Virus record (IMG/VR): IMGVR_UViG_3300044477_000051
Location: 1-39,739 of that record
Strand: one strand, 5' to 3'
DNA: 39,739 nt
Source: a virus
Lineage: Duplodnaviria; Caudoviricetes
The position numbers and the translations under genes are program-made. The notes beneath the pieces were generated by a model. The model saw nothing but the letters and a program-made list of their open reading frames with translations, did not search any database and was not told the origin of the DNA. Positions 27,825-36,914 of this stretch are shown here, in pieces (position 1 is the stretch's first letter; each line of letters begins with the position of its first letter).

Positions 27825-30413
27825 CTACACCGCCTTCACTAATCCCCAATTCCTGCCCATCTTCGCATCAGTCTTAAATACAACAACTTCATTACCAATC
27901 TTAATCGGCATCTCCATACACTCCGTAAGAACCCGATTACACTCTTCCATCTCCTCATCCTTACACATAACCATAATCGAGTCATGCACATTAAGCACCA
28001 TCTTCCAGCTATCCTTCTTCCTCTTATAAAACTCAATCAACCCATTCGCCGCAATATCCCAACTAAGACTTTGTATCTGAAAGTTCGCTGCCTCTCTCGC
28101 GATTTCATCCACATTGTTCCCATGCAGTACCCGAATCCTTCCTACCGAGTTCCTTATCACTCTCACATTAATCGCAGTCTGTTTAGTCTTTGCCTGCCAA
28201 GTAAAAATCTCAGGGTTAGTCTTCCTAAAGTTATCATCATAAAACTTAAACTCTTCCCAAGTAACAGGAATATCCGGCTCCTTCTCCCTCAGCTTCTTAT
28301 ACATCCCTTGCTGAGTCCCGCAATAACTCGTCCCGAATATATGGGTCTTCGCACAAACTCGATACGTTCCCCACTTTGGATGATCCTCTTTAATCCCCCA
28401 AAGCTTCGTATTCATATCATGAATATTTAGCCCTTCCTTATGCGCCTTAATCAAACTCTTACAACCACTAATATACCCAAGCAAATAAACCTCAATATTC
28501 ACATAGTCCCTTTCAACAAAACTCCACCCTTGTGGACACTCATACGCTTGCTTCACCGAAAACTTCTGCTCCTTCCTCTCTCTCGGCAGGTTCTGTACAT
28601 TCGGTTTCTGACTAGAGAGCCTTCCCGTACTTGTCCCACAACTATTAAGCTGTCCCCTGACCTTCCCATCATCCCAAATCTTAACACCCAAGAAAGTCTT
28701 ACTCATCTGCTCATTATAATTCCACTCATTAAACATCTTCAAAAACTCAACAGTGCAAAGGAGTCCAGCCTTCTCATCCTTCTTCAAAAGACTATCTCTC
28801 TTCAAACTATCAATCTCAACAACTCTATCAACACAAGCCCTCACCAGCTTATCCAACGCAACCTTATCCAAGCCACTCTGCCCGGCCTTAGTCTTCCCCG
28901 GAACAAACCCATTGGGAATCCTCATACGCTCAACCTTCATCACATCAACTCGTTCCTGAAACTCCACAGCCTGCTTGATATCCATCCTCTTCCCAGCGGC
29001 AGATCGCTCTTCAATATACTCCACTGCCTTTCTAAAATACCCAGTATCCTTTTCCCCATAGAGCAGCGCCTTAACCCAATTATCCTTCGTCCAACTAAAG
29101 AACTCAGGAACACAAGTCATTGCTCTCATCAGTTCATCAAGCTCTTTATTCCTTTCAACAATCAACTTCTTAGTGTTATTTCTACTCTTATTATTACACG
29201 GCAGCCCATTCAATCTCATCTCAACCAACACTTTAACAATGTGTCGATCCTTCTCCCAATACAAATCCCAAACACCATCTCTCTTCGCATCGGCCTTCAG
29301 CCCCTCAAGAGCCTTCATCATCCCGATAACATCCAGCCCATTATAATAAAACAGCTTATCATCATCTATCTTACTCGAATCCTTTTCATCCTCAGCTGCC
29401 GAGTCAAACTTAATATCCTTCCAGTACGGCATATCAGTATAAACACTGGCAACATAAGCCAAGCTATGATAAATCTCCGCATCAATACAGTGATGAAGCT
29501 TCATCGTATCGTGCATCAGCCCATCCTTGGCTCCTTTAAACCTCTTCCACTCCAACCAAAACGTATCAAAATAACCATTATGATAAACGCACTTCCCACT
29601 AGTCACTACTTTTTCGATTGCTTTATTAACCTTTTCAAGTCTCGATCCTTCATATAAAGCTCGTCCATTGCGTCTAAGAGGAATGACAACTGCTCGTTCT
29701 CTTGTGCCAATCCCCACGCATTTAATCTCACCTTCATTCGGCTCCAGCGCAGTCGTCTCGATATCCACGCCAATCTCTTCTTCAAGAAGCAATTCTTTAA
29801 CAGCTCTTTCGATCTCTCTAACATCTTCCAGTACCTCCACCTTCAGCTCAGGAACTGTCCACCCCTCTCTCCCGATCCTCACAATCTTCTCAACGTCATT
29901 ACCCCAGATATCAACCTCTTCAATATTTCCCTGCACCAAAAACTGCGGACTATAAGTAGCTACAACCGGCACTACCATACCGAACATCTTCTTTGGAACA
30001 ACATACCCCCTAATCTTCCTCAAACTCTCTACAATCCCAAACGCCCTCTTAGCCCTCTCCCCCAACGCCCCTACAACACCAAACCCCTTAACGCCCCTCA
30101 ACTCTTCAATAAGCCCTGGCAAGCAACACTCTTCTGCTTCATCCATCTCCAACTTACTTGCACCCTCTCCACTACAAGCAACAGCATAAGTAAAATGCAC
30201 ATCCCCCCGAACAACTCCACAATCCTTAAGCATCCTATCAACCATGTTGCCAGCCCAACCGCCGAACACTTTTCCATCGTGCACCGAATGCTTATCAGGG
30301 TTATCCCCCACAATTACCCACTTCGGCCTATCACTTAAGCACCTCCCCCTAACCATCGGATTGCCCCTTAGCGGACACTCGTCACACTTAGAAAACTGTT
30401 CTCTCTTAAACAT
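27825..30413 (-). CDS. polA: Family A DNA polymerase with N-terminal UDG family-4-like domain and 3'-5' exonuclease (SPO1-type architecture)
   Basis: CDECPL..VIVGDNP..FGGWAG (UDG-like); exonuclease DIETT, HNGYFD, YNGLD; polymerase TGRLSS..PNVQNLP, DYVNIE, RVCAKTHIFG, VHDS. Confidence 0.92.
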   Translation of the reverse strand: MFKREQFSKCDECPLRGNPMVRGRCLSDRPKWVIVGDNPDKHSVHDGKVFGGWAGNMVDRMLKDCGVVRGDVHFTYAVACSGEGASKLEMDEAEECCLPGLIEELRGVKGFGVVGALGERAKRAFGIVESLRKIRGYVVPKKMFGMVVPVVATYSPQFLVQGNIEEVDIWGNDVEKIVRIGREGWTVPELKVEVLEDVREIERAVKELLLEEEIGVDIETTALEPNEGEIKCVGIGTRERAVVIPLRRNGRALYEGSRLEKVNKAIEKVVTSGKCVYHNGYFDTFWLEWKRFKGAKDGLMHDTMKLHHCIDAEIYHSLAYVASVYTDMPYWKDIKFDSAAEDEKDSSKIDDDKLFYYNGLDVIGMMKALEGLKADAKRDGVWDLYWEKDRHIVKVLVEMRLNGLPCNNKSRNNTKKLIVERNKELDELMRAMTCVPEFFSWTKDNWVKALLYGEKDTGYFRKAVEYIEERSAAGKRMDIKQAVEFQERVDVMKVERMRIPNGFVPGKTKAGQSGLDKVALDKLVRACVDRVVEIDSLKRDSLLKKDEKAGLLCTVEFLKMFNEWNYNEQMSKTFLGVKIWDDGKVRGQLNSCGTSTGRLSSQKPNVQNLPRERKEQKFSVKQAYECPQGWSFVERDYVNIEVYLLGYISGCKSLIKAHKEGLNIHDMNTKLWGIKEDHPKWGTYRVCAKTHIFGTSYCGTQQGMYKKLREKEPDIPVTWEEFKFYDDNFRKTNPEIFTWQAKTKQTAINVRVIRNSVGRIRVLHGNNVDEIAREAANFQIQSLSWDIAANGLIEFYKRKKDSWKMVLNVHDSIMVMCKDEEMEECNRVLTECMEMPIKIGNEVVVFKTDAKMGRNWGLVKAV

Positions 30414-30422
30414 AGAATCCCC

Positions 30423-30782
30423 TTAATTAAAAATAAAATATCCCAGCAGCCCAGAAAGAATCACCACCACAATTCCATCAATCATCAACCTCTGGTTCAC
30501 ATCGTCCACAAACTCCTCTACAAACAACGCATCCGCTTCCTGTTTCTTCAGTAATATTTGGTACTGATCTTCCACATTGAGGGCACGTCTCAGATCCCCA
30601 ATCGTTATCCCGAACTCTTCCGTCACACTCACCTCGTCGTCCGGCTGCTCTTCGAGTTGATTTTCTGAAAGCGGGTCGAATGATTCTATAGAAAAGTTCA
30701 CACAGGATAATCCAGACAATAAGACCAACAATATTAAACAAAATAATTTGACACAACATAAAATCTCCCTATTGTTTTTCAC
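30423..30782 (-). CDS. Putative lipoprotein with C-terminal TM (u-spanin-like topology)
   Basis: Hydrophobic signal ending in LSGLSC, helical middle, C-terminal 'GIVVVILSGLLGYFIF'. Confidence 0.5.
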   Translation of the reverse strand: MKNNREILCCVKLFCLILLVLLSGLSCVNFSIESFDPLSENQLEEQPDDEVSVTEEFGITIGDLRRALNVEDQYQILLKKQEADALFVEEFVDDVNQRLMIDGIVVVILSGLLGYFIFN

Positions 30783-31098
30783 TTTGTTTTCCCTCCATCA
30801 AGAAATGACAAACAGCTAGCGCATTCCACGCCACATGGTACAAATGCGGCAACCCACTCTCAGGATCAACGTGCTCTCCAACCAACTCCTTCACTAAATG
30901 CCTAACAAGCGCATCTTTATACCTCTCAAATCCACCTTCAACAAACTTCCAACTATCCTTCTTATACCCCTTTCTCAAGCCATACATCGCAACTTCACCA
31001 ACCGCCTCAACTCCCTTCCAAGGAACAAGAGAAAACCGTATCTTCCCATCATCCCACTTCTCCCCAACAACCTCGCTCACAAGTTCCTCCTTAGCCAA
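30769..31098 (-). CDS. DUF5664 dATP/dGTP diphosphohydrolase-domain protein
   Basis: KWDDGKIRFSLVP..YGLRKGY..SWK..YKDALVRHL..DPESGLPHLYHVAWNAL; TTG start. Confidence 0.85.
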   Translation of the reverse strand: MAKEELVSEVVGEKWDDGKIRFSLVPWKGVEAVGEVAMYGLRKGYKKDSWKFVEGGFERYKDALVRHLVKELVGEHVDPESGLPHLYHVAWNALAVCHFLMEGKQSEKQ

Positions 31099-31259
31099 TC
31101 ATCCATCAACTCTGCCGCATCAAACAACAGCCCACTTTCAATCTCCTTATCCTCAAGTCTTCTGGCTTCCCTCAGTAACAGCTTCTTCATTGCCACCAAA
31201 TAGTCTCTATCTTTTTTTGCCAAAGACTTCTTTGAACTCTTTAACGACTTGATCGACAT
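31077..31259 (-). CDS. Small hypothetical protein (start uncertain)
   Basis: Fills the 31098-31207 gap with matching codon style. Confidence 0.35.
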   Translation of the reverse strand: MSIKSLKSSKKSLAKKDRDYLVAMKKLLLREARRLEDKEIESGLLFDAAELMDDWLRRNL

Positions 31260-31440
31260 TCTTCTTCTCCAGTTCTTCCTTCTTCCGTTTAGCCTCAGCC
31301 CTCAACTCTTCCATAACCTGTTCCTGCTCAGCCTGCAAATCCTCTTCAGTCTTCGGCCTCACATTCAACCTAAAGAACCAACAAACACCACCAAGAATAG
31401 CAATAGCCAACACCCATCCAAGTCCCTCTACAAAATCCAT
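31207..31440 (-). CDS. Small N-terminal TM plus coiled-coil protein
   Basis: GGAGG RBS; 'LGWVLAIAILGGVCWFF' then a charged helix. Confidence 0.65.
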   Translation of the reverse strand: MDFVEGLGWVLAIAILGGVCWFFRLNVRPKTEEDLQAEQEQVMEELRAEAKRKKEELEKKNVDQVVKEFKEVFGKKR

Positions 31441-31448
31441 AAGTCCTC

Positions 31449-32480
31449 CTATTCCCCAAGCTTCTTAATAATCTTTTCAATAACCTTCGGCTCATACTGC
31501 AACACACACCCGCTTGCATAATACTTAGCCACTGGCCCCTCCTCCCAATTCATCATCATTAACTTGATCCTCAACTTCTTAACTTGTGCAACACTCATTC
31601 CAAACTCATCGGCCATAACCTCATCAGTCGTATCAGCATCCACACCTTGTCTTTCCCAAACCCTCTTAATATACTGATTCAACCCAACAACATTCCCAAC
31701 TTCAACACCACTCTTTGACACAACTTGGGGGAGGGAGGCCGGAGCAACTTCAGCTACTCCTGCTTCAGCCACCACTACTGGAACCTCAGAAACACGCGGA
31801 ACCTCAGCTGTCTCTCTATTCTGTGCCCTCAACAGCGCACTAATCCCAGTCGGGGCCATTATCGCAATAAAAATAGAAAGCAGCGTGTGGAGGATAAACT
31901 TGATCCAAGATACCGGAACAACCTCACCAAACAAATCCGCATAAAAACTATAAATATTAGCAGCTTCAACATTCGTCTGATCCTTATTTAGCCCCTTAAT
32001 CTCTACCTGAATCTCTTTCTGTCTTTGTGAAATTTCGGCCTTTCGTGTTTCGGCAGTAGCCAGCGTATTCTTATATTCAAACTGATCTTCCAAACTTTTA
32101 ATACTAGTACTGATTCTCTCTTGAATCTGCGCATACTCCTTCACAAGTGAAGCCTGTTCGGCCTCCAACAGCTTCAACTCATCCGCTGACTGTGCCTGAA
32201 CGTTCTCCTTATTCTTCTCAATCAACGAGAAACTCTGACCCCCACTAGTAGCAATAACACTAAACACAATAAGAAAAACCTTCAGCACTGTCCTCTTCTG
32301 CCAACTAACGGCCATCAACAAAACCGTCAGCCCCACCCCAATCAGAATCCCAACCCACTCAACAACTCCATCAGCCCTGGAAAACCTCATAAAATAATAG
32401 TACACCTCAAGAAATCCACCAAACAAAATCAACAACACCGGCAGTAGCCAATCAAAGTTCTTCTTTAAAAAGTCTAACAT
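31449..32480 (-). CDS. Multi-TM membrane protein with coiled coil and C-terminal HTH-like motif
   Basis: Three N-terminal hydrophobic segments, ~90 aa coiled coil, a fourth TM, and 'TDEVMADEFGMSVAQVKKLR'. Confidence 0.7.
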   Translation of the reverse strand: MLDFLKKNFDWLLPVLLILFGGFLEVYYYFMRFSRADGVVEWVGILIGVGLTVLLMAVSWQKRTVLKVFLIVFSVIATSGGQSFSLIEKNKENVQAQSADELKLLEAEQASLVKEYAQIQERISTSIKSLEDQFEYKNTLATAETRKAEISQRQKEIQVEIKGLNKDQTNVEAANIYSFYADLFGEVVPVSWIKFILHTLLSIFIAIMAPTGISALLRAQNRETAEVPRVSEVPVVVAEAGVAEVAPASLPQVVSKSGVEVGNVVGLNQYIKRVWERQGVDADTTDEVMADEFGMSVAQVKKLRIKLMMMNWEEGPVAKYYASGCVLQYEPKVIEKIIKKLGE

Positions 32481-32481
32481 A

Positions 32482-32925
32482 CTAATCTACCTCATCGCCC
32501 AGTCTCGTAACCTCATGCGCCATTCTCCACGGAAAGTAAGTAACCTCACATTCTTTTGCCAACCTCATCCTCTGCTTCTTAATGTCCCAATTAATTCCAA
32601 CCCATCCGGCCTCATAGTACAATTCCGGCATACTATCAATCGTATCAATCGCATACCCAGCCTTCTTATTCGTCACCAAAAACTTCAGCCCCGTGTCATC
32701 CCTAAAAGCCGTCGTTCGTACTGGCTCCTCATCCCTCTCAATCGCCATATAAATCGGCAGCCACCTCTTAACCTTCCACAAATCTTTCCCAATCACGCTA
32801 TTCAAACACTTAGTCCAATCCCTCGGCTTCGGCCTCCTACCCTTATGCGGATCACGAAAACTCCACTGATTCCCCAACAACCGATAGGATACCACATGGC
32901 CCCTTACATACCCAGCCTCTTCCAT
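32482..32925 (-). CDS. Hypothetical protein
   Basis: GGGGAG RBS; codon style matches the operon. Confidence 0.65.
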   Translation of the reverse strand: MEEAGYVRGHVVSYRLLGNQWSFRDPHKGRRPKPRDWTKCLNSVIGKDLWKVKRWLPIYMAIERDEEPVRTTAFRDDTGLKFLVTNKKAGYAIDTIDSMPELYYEAGWVGINWDIKKQRMRLAKECEVTYFPWRMAHEVTRLGDEVD

Positions 32926-32937
32926 ACTCTCCCCTTT

Positions 32938-32972
32938 AAAAAGAAGCGAGAGAAGAACTCGTCCTCCCTCGC
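32938..32972 (-). terminator. Intrinsic terminator after the SSB gene
   Basis: Minus strand GCGAGGGAGGA-CGAGT-TCTTCTCTCGC-TTCTTTTT. Confidence 0.7.
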
Positions 32973-32997
32973 CCCAAAATAACTAAACTCTTAAATC

Positions 32998-33516
32998 TTA
33001 TTCGTCGTCTTCCCAACCAGCAGCGGAAGAGGACTTCTTACCACCTTTCTTACCAGCAGCGGGCGCAGCAGTCACAGCAGTCGGATCAAAATAACTCTTG
33101 AGTTCCGGCCAAATTGTATCACCCTCTTTCCAATCTTTACCTTTCTTCCCAGCCGCCAGCACAAACCCGACATTTTTCGCAACAACCTTATTCAGGTCAT
33201 ACTGATCCTGAGCATTGACCTTCACGCCAACCGCAGTCAGCAAACTCTTCAGCTTACTATTACTAATCTGAATGTTCTGCTTATTGTCCGTCCAAGTAAT
33301 AGTATCAGTGAACGTTCGTCCCCTTGGTTCAGTTCCCTTCTCACCCTGAGGTGGGCCAGAGAGCACACTCAACTTAGTCTCAACCTGATCGAAGCCGTTC
33401 TTGCTTGTCTTCTCTTTGTGTGTCACGACATTCCCAATATACTTTCCGGGAACTAGAACCTCAACCTGACCCGCTTCTGTCGCATCATGCAAACCTTTTC
33501 TTGTACTCATTGCCAT
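32998..33516 (-). CDS. Single-stranded DNA-binding protein (DUF669-like)
   Basis: 'LVPGKY..V....KTSKNG....KLSVL.GP..GRTFTD..LKSLLTAVG' OB pattern; acidic WEDDE tail; GAGGAG RBS supports ATG 33516. Confidence 0.75.
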   Translation of the reverse strand: MAMSTRKGLHDATEAGQVEVLVPGKYIGNVVTHKEKTSKNGFDQVETKLSVLSGPPQGEKGTEPRGRTFTDTITWTDNKQNIQISNSKLKSLLTAVGVKVNAQDQYDLNKVVAKNVGFVLAAGKKGKDWKEGDTIWPELKSYFDPTAVTAAPAAGKKGGKKSSSAAGWEDDE

Positions 33517-33565
33517 AAAAATACTCCTCATCTTCAATATATAAACAGCCATACGGCCAGTTTAT

Positions 33566-34342
33566 TCACTCAACATTCTCACAGAACTTCTTATAATCAA
33601 GATTCTTAACAATCCCCTTCTTAACCTTCCCCCTATATCCAAAGTTCTTCATCTCCCTAAAACAATCAAAGTTCGCCTGATACCTTGGAGCACCATCATC
33701 TCCCTCACATTTCTCAAACAACACATTATAATCCATGGAATCCATAATCGCTCCGGGCAATATCTTCCCACTCGCCGCAGGCACATAATCCCCAGTCTTC
33801 TCCTGAAACATCAGCGTATCAAGAAGCAGCACATTCACATCCAGAGTCTTCAACCTATTAATCAGTGCCATCGTTCTCGTAAGTAGCACCCGATAGTCTC
33901 CAAGGCTAACATTCTCCTTATCCTTACTGGCACTCTCATAACCTTTCTCGATCAGCTCGTGTTCCATACTGACATTCATACTCTTCACAGAGTCCACAAC
34001 AACCGTCTGAGGGAACCAATTCTTAAACGGCCCATCCCGATCTACTAGCCAAATAAACATCTGATCCAGCCCATCAATAATTCCCGTCCCGAACTTAAAC
34101 GAAACGTGCACAACATCCTTCTTATCAGGAAAGAAACTCTGAAGAGTTCTCGCTCCATCATCAAAATCCAAATAAAGAACATCAGGCCAGCTTCCAGCAA
34201 ACATAGTCTTTCCACTCCGATTCAGCCCATAAGCCCCGACCCGATACCTTTTCTTCAATCCCTCAAAGCCCTTGGTCACAACCGCAAAGCCAACATCCTT
34301 CCCAACACTCTTAGTCTTTTCCGTTGTTGTCGTCTTGCTCAT
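33566..34342 (-). CDS. Sak4-like AAA_24 ATPase (single-strand annealing)
   Basis: YGLNRSGKT Walker A, LYLDFDDG, VVVDS Walker B; flanked by SSB and exonuclease genes. Confidence 0.8.
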   Translation of the reverse strand: MSKTTTTEKTKSVGKDVGFAVVTKGFEGLKKRYRVGAYGLNRSGKTMFAGSWPDVLYLDFDDGARTLQSFFPDKKDVVHVSFKFGTGIIDGLDQMFIWLVDRDGPFKNWFPQTVVVDSVKSMNVSMEHELIEKGYESASKDKENVSLGDYRVLLTRTMALINRLKTLDVNVLLLDTLMFQEKTGDYVPAASGKILPGAIMDSMDYNVLFEKCEGDDGAPRYQANFDCFREMKNFGYRGKVKKGIVKNLDYKKFCENVE

Positions 34343-34586
34343 CTATTACCCACCTCTGTTCAATCTTAAACTTGCCTTCCTTCACAATCTTCCGATAGTA
34401 TTTGTGAAACAACTGGGGACTCATGCTCATAGCAATCGCCATTTGCCTCAAACTCATCCCCGGATGGCCCTTCATAAATTCAAGGATCTCGTCCATCTTC
34501 CGATCGACTTCCTTCCCCACCAGCCTCTTAATCTTCTTGGCTTCTTTCATCGGAATAACCTTCCCAGCATTCTTCTTCTTCTTCAT
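34311..34586 (-). CDS. Small winged-HTH DNA-binding protein
   Basis: 'EILEFMKGHPGMSLRQMAIAMSMSPQLFHKYYRKIVKEG'. Confidence 0.7.
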   Translation of the reverse strand: MKKKKNAGKVIPMKEAKKIKRLVGKEVDRKMDEILEFMKGHPGMSLRQMAIAMSMSPQLFHKYYRKIVKEGKFKIEQRWVIDEQDDNNGKD

Positions 34587-35056
34587 TGTCTAAACTCCAC
34601 ATATTTTCCCGGATGATCCCGCCACATTCTGTAGCGTTGTTCCCACAAATACACCCCACTCTCAACCCAAAACTCATAGTCCAAAGAAACAGCAAGCACG
34701 TCCATAACTGACACCCAGTCTGGCATATTCGTAACAGCAATCATAATATCTATTCTGGTAACAACAGTATCCGCGCTAACATTCATGAAAGTATACTTGC
34801 TAATATCAACTCCGTCAAGTCTTTTCGCAACATCAATTACGTAATCCTGAATCATCCAATAGCTACCAACCCCAATCCCAACAAACGCCAACTTCTCCTT
34901 AAACTCCAGTGTCTTCCACCACGCCACATTCAACCGATCATAATACCAAACCCCAGTCACCTCTTTCGTAAAAGTATTATAAAGCATACCCTCCTGGGCG
35001 GATACGCCCGAGGAAAGAAAAAAGAACACGACCAAAATCGCAATAATCTTTTTCAT
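34583..35056 (-). CDS. Exported hypothetical protein
   Basis: Sec signal peptide MKKIIAILVVFFFLSSGVSA-Q; ATGA overlaps on both sides. Confidence 0.7.
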   Translation of the reverse strand: MKKIIAILVVFFFLSSGVSAQEGMLYNTFTKEVTGVWYYDRLNVAWWKTLEFKEKLAFVGIGVGSYWMIQDYVIDVAKRLDGVDISKYTFMNVSADTVVTRIDIMIAVTNMPDWVSVMDVLAVSLDYEFWVESGVYLWEQRYRMWRDHPGKYVEFRQ

Positions 35057-36048
35057 ACATCCCCCTTCTTAACCCTCTCAACAATCTTCTTAACATTCAC
35101 CTTCGTAAACTCAAACGGCACTTCCTTCGCCTTACAAGCCATATTCCGTCTACACCAACTCGAATACTCGCACTCCCTAAAAAAGCTATAGCACCACTGG
35201 CTATTCCTTCGGAACAACTGAACCGGCTCTTTCCACTTACCCGTACCCCAAGCAGCCACCTTAGAAGAGCACTCGGCAATCAGATTCCCCATATTAACCT
35301 TATACTCTGCAACATCAGCTGGATACCTAACAATCACATCACTTCTCTTGAGTGTCGCACTCTCAACCTTCTTACTATTGTCATGCCAATACATGATATC
35401 AGCAATCATCCCCTTAACCTCATCTTTCGGATACGCCTGCCTCGCCATACTTATATAAGCCGTTGCTTGATCCCCCAGCATAACACTGTACTCCGTCTCC
35501 CTCAAGCTAAAACTGGTGGTCTTTGTATCGAGAATAAGAATCCCCTTATCCTTCTTATCCCTCACCAACAAGTCCAACTTCCCAGTAACCACAAACTTAC
35601 TCTTTCTCCACGGAACATCAAGCTGCATCTCCTTCTCGACCCCAAGAATCTGATACTTTTCCAGATCTCCTCCCCCAAAGGTCTCTACCCACGCCGGAAA
35701 AAGCTCCGTCCCCCGATCCCTCAGCTTCTCAAAGTCCGCCAAGCTACTACTAATAATCTTCTTCCGATTAACATCCATCACCTCAAGATACTTCTGAAGC
35801 GGCTTCTTGATCCTCTGTGCATCAGTCCCCTTCTTCATAGAGTAAAATACCTCTTTTGCAGCGTGCATTGCAGTCCCGTTAATAAGCGCAGGCGTACTCC
35901 AAATAGATTCCCATCCCAGCACATACCTTAAAAAGAATTTCATCTGACAGTTTTCGTACAACCCAAAGAAGTGAGAGCCACTTAAGCTCCCGCCCATCTG
36001 GATAAACCTAACCGGCTTTACCTTCCCTTTAACGGATCGTTCACCCAT
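35053..36048 (-). CDS. PD-(D/E)XK exonuclease, Cas4/RecB-like with Fe-S cysteines
   Basis: N-terminal Cys, GTAMH, GVE, GKLDLL, ILDTKT, QATAY, C-terminal C.....C.....C. Confidence 0.85.
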   Translation of the reverse strand: MGERSVKGKVKPVRFIQMGGSLSGSHFFGLYENCQMKFFLRYVLGWESIWSTPALINGTAMHAAKEVFYSMKKGTDAQRIKKPLQKYLEVMDVNRKKIISSSLADFEKLRDRGTELFPAWVETFGGGDLEKYQILGVEKEMQLDVPWRKSKFVVTGKLDLLVRDKKDKGILILDTKTTSFSLRETEYSVMLGDQATAYISMARQAYPKDEVKGMIADIMYWHDNSKKVESATLKRSDVIVRYPADVAEYKVNMGNLIAECSSKVAAWGTGKWKEPVQLFRRNSQWCYSFFRECEYSSWCRRNMACKAKEVPFEFTKVNVKKIVERVKKGDV

Positions 36049-36914
36049 GTAAACTTCCCTCCTGCGTCAATCATCGCTTTCTTAATTGCAGCCACTCGGG
36101 AGAAAAATGCTCCCCTGCAAATATCCAATACCTTGGTTGTCATGAATCCCGGACTCACTTCAAACCCCTCCATCTTCGGTCGGGAATCCATCACCTCAAA
36201 CCCATTATTCGGGTTCCATTTAAACATATCAACTCTCTGCTTCCCACCTTTCTCCCACCCATAGTCACACCCAAACGTCAACAGCTCCATATTAAACTTT
36301 TCCTTCCTTCTACTCATTGCAGAGAAGCAAAGATTCAACATAACATTCGTTGTGTCCCCATCCGAATCAACAAACCCAATCTCATTCTTAAACAAAGGCC
36401 CAGCAGCTCCAGCCAAAAAGCTAATCAACCCAACCGTCTTCTGAAAACTTGGCACAAGCGGCACATAAAAAAACTTCTTCACCCCCTTAAATCTCGAAGC
36501 CAGCCCAAACCTCTGATCTGCCATCGCACTTACATAAAAAACCATCTTTCGTCTAATCGTCTCGTCCCCTTCAATCAACTTTTCAAACTCGGCCACCGCC
36601 TCAAACGTCGCTTCATTTGCATCATGGCAAACAACCACATGCGGCACTACGTGCTGACTAAGCAGAAACCCAATAGCGGTTGTCCCGCAAACAAGCACAT
36701 ATCCCTCATCATTCGCCTTCCTCACCAACTCAATATCTCTCTCAAGACTTGGCCCACTAGAACAAACACAAAGCTTCTTCGCTCTTCCAATCAACTCATG
36801 GTTATAAACCGTCTCAAACTTAACATCAGAAGAATGCGCCCTCAGCACATTACTCATAAAATTAATTCCAAACCTCTCATAAATCTCATGCACAGCATCA
36901 ATCTCTTTAATCAT
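36018..36914 (-). CDS. DUF115 / Maf (MAF_flag10)-like glycosyltransferase-fold protein
   Basis: CVCSSGPSL..IEL..LVCGTTA..LL..HVVPHVVVCHD..GDTTNVML..LLTFGCDYG matches the DUF115/Maf/MptE-like pattern. Confidence 0.75.
   Translation of the reverse strand: MIKEIDAVHEIYERFGINFMSNVLRAHSSDVKFETVYNHELIGRAKKLCVCSSGPSLERDIELVRKANDEGYVLVCGTTAIGFLLSQHVVPHVVVCHDANEATFEAVAEFEKLIEGDETIRRKMVFYVSAMADQRFGLASRFKGVKKFFYVPLVPSFQKTVGLISFLAGAAGPLFKNEIGFVDSDGDTTNVMLNLCFSAMSRRKEKFNMELLTFGCDYGWEKGGKQRVDMFKWNPNNGFEVMDSRPKMEGFEVSPGFMTTKVLDICRGAFFSRVAAIKKAMIDAGGKFTWVNDPLKGR

Noticed and set aside
28440-29657. Long antisense ORFs (e.g. 28440-29657, 4906-5775, 2354-3091, 27137-27877)
   Set aside because: They shadow well-supported genes, are I/L/P/H/N-rich with no RBS or motifs, and are expected from the extreme codon and strand bias.
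30769-31098. Z-genome (2-aminoadenine) pathway suggested by DUF5664
   Set aside because: No PurZ or HD-family dATPase visible in the window; DUF5664 alone is widespread in phages.
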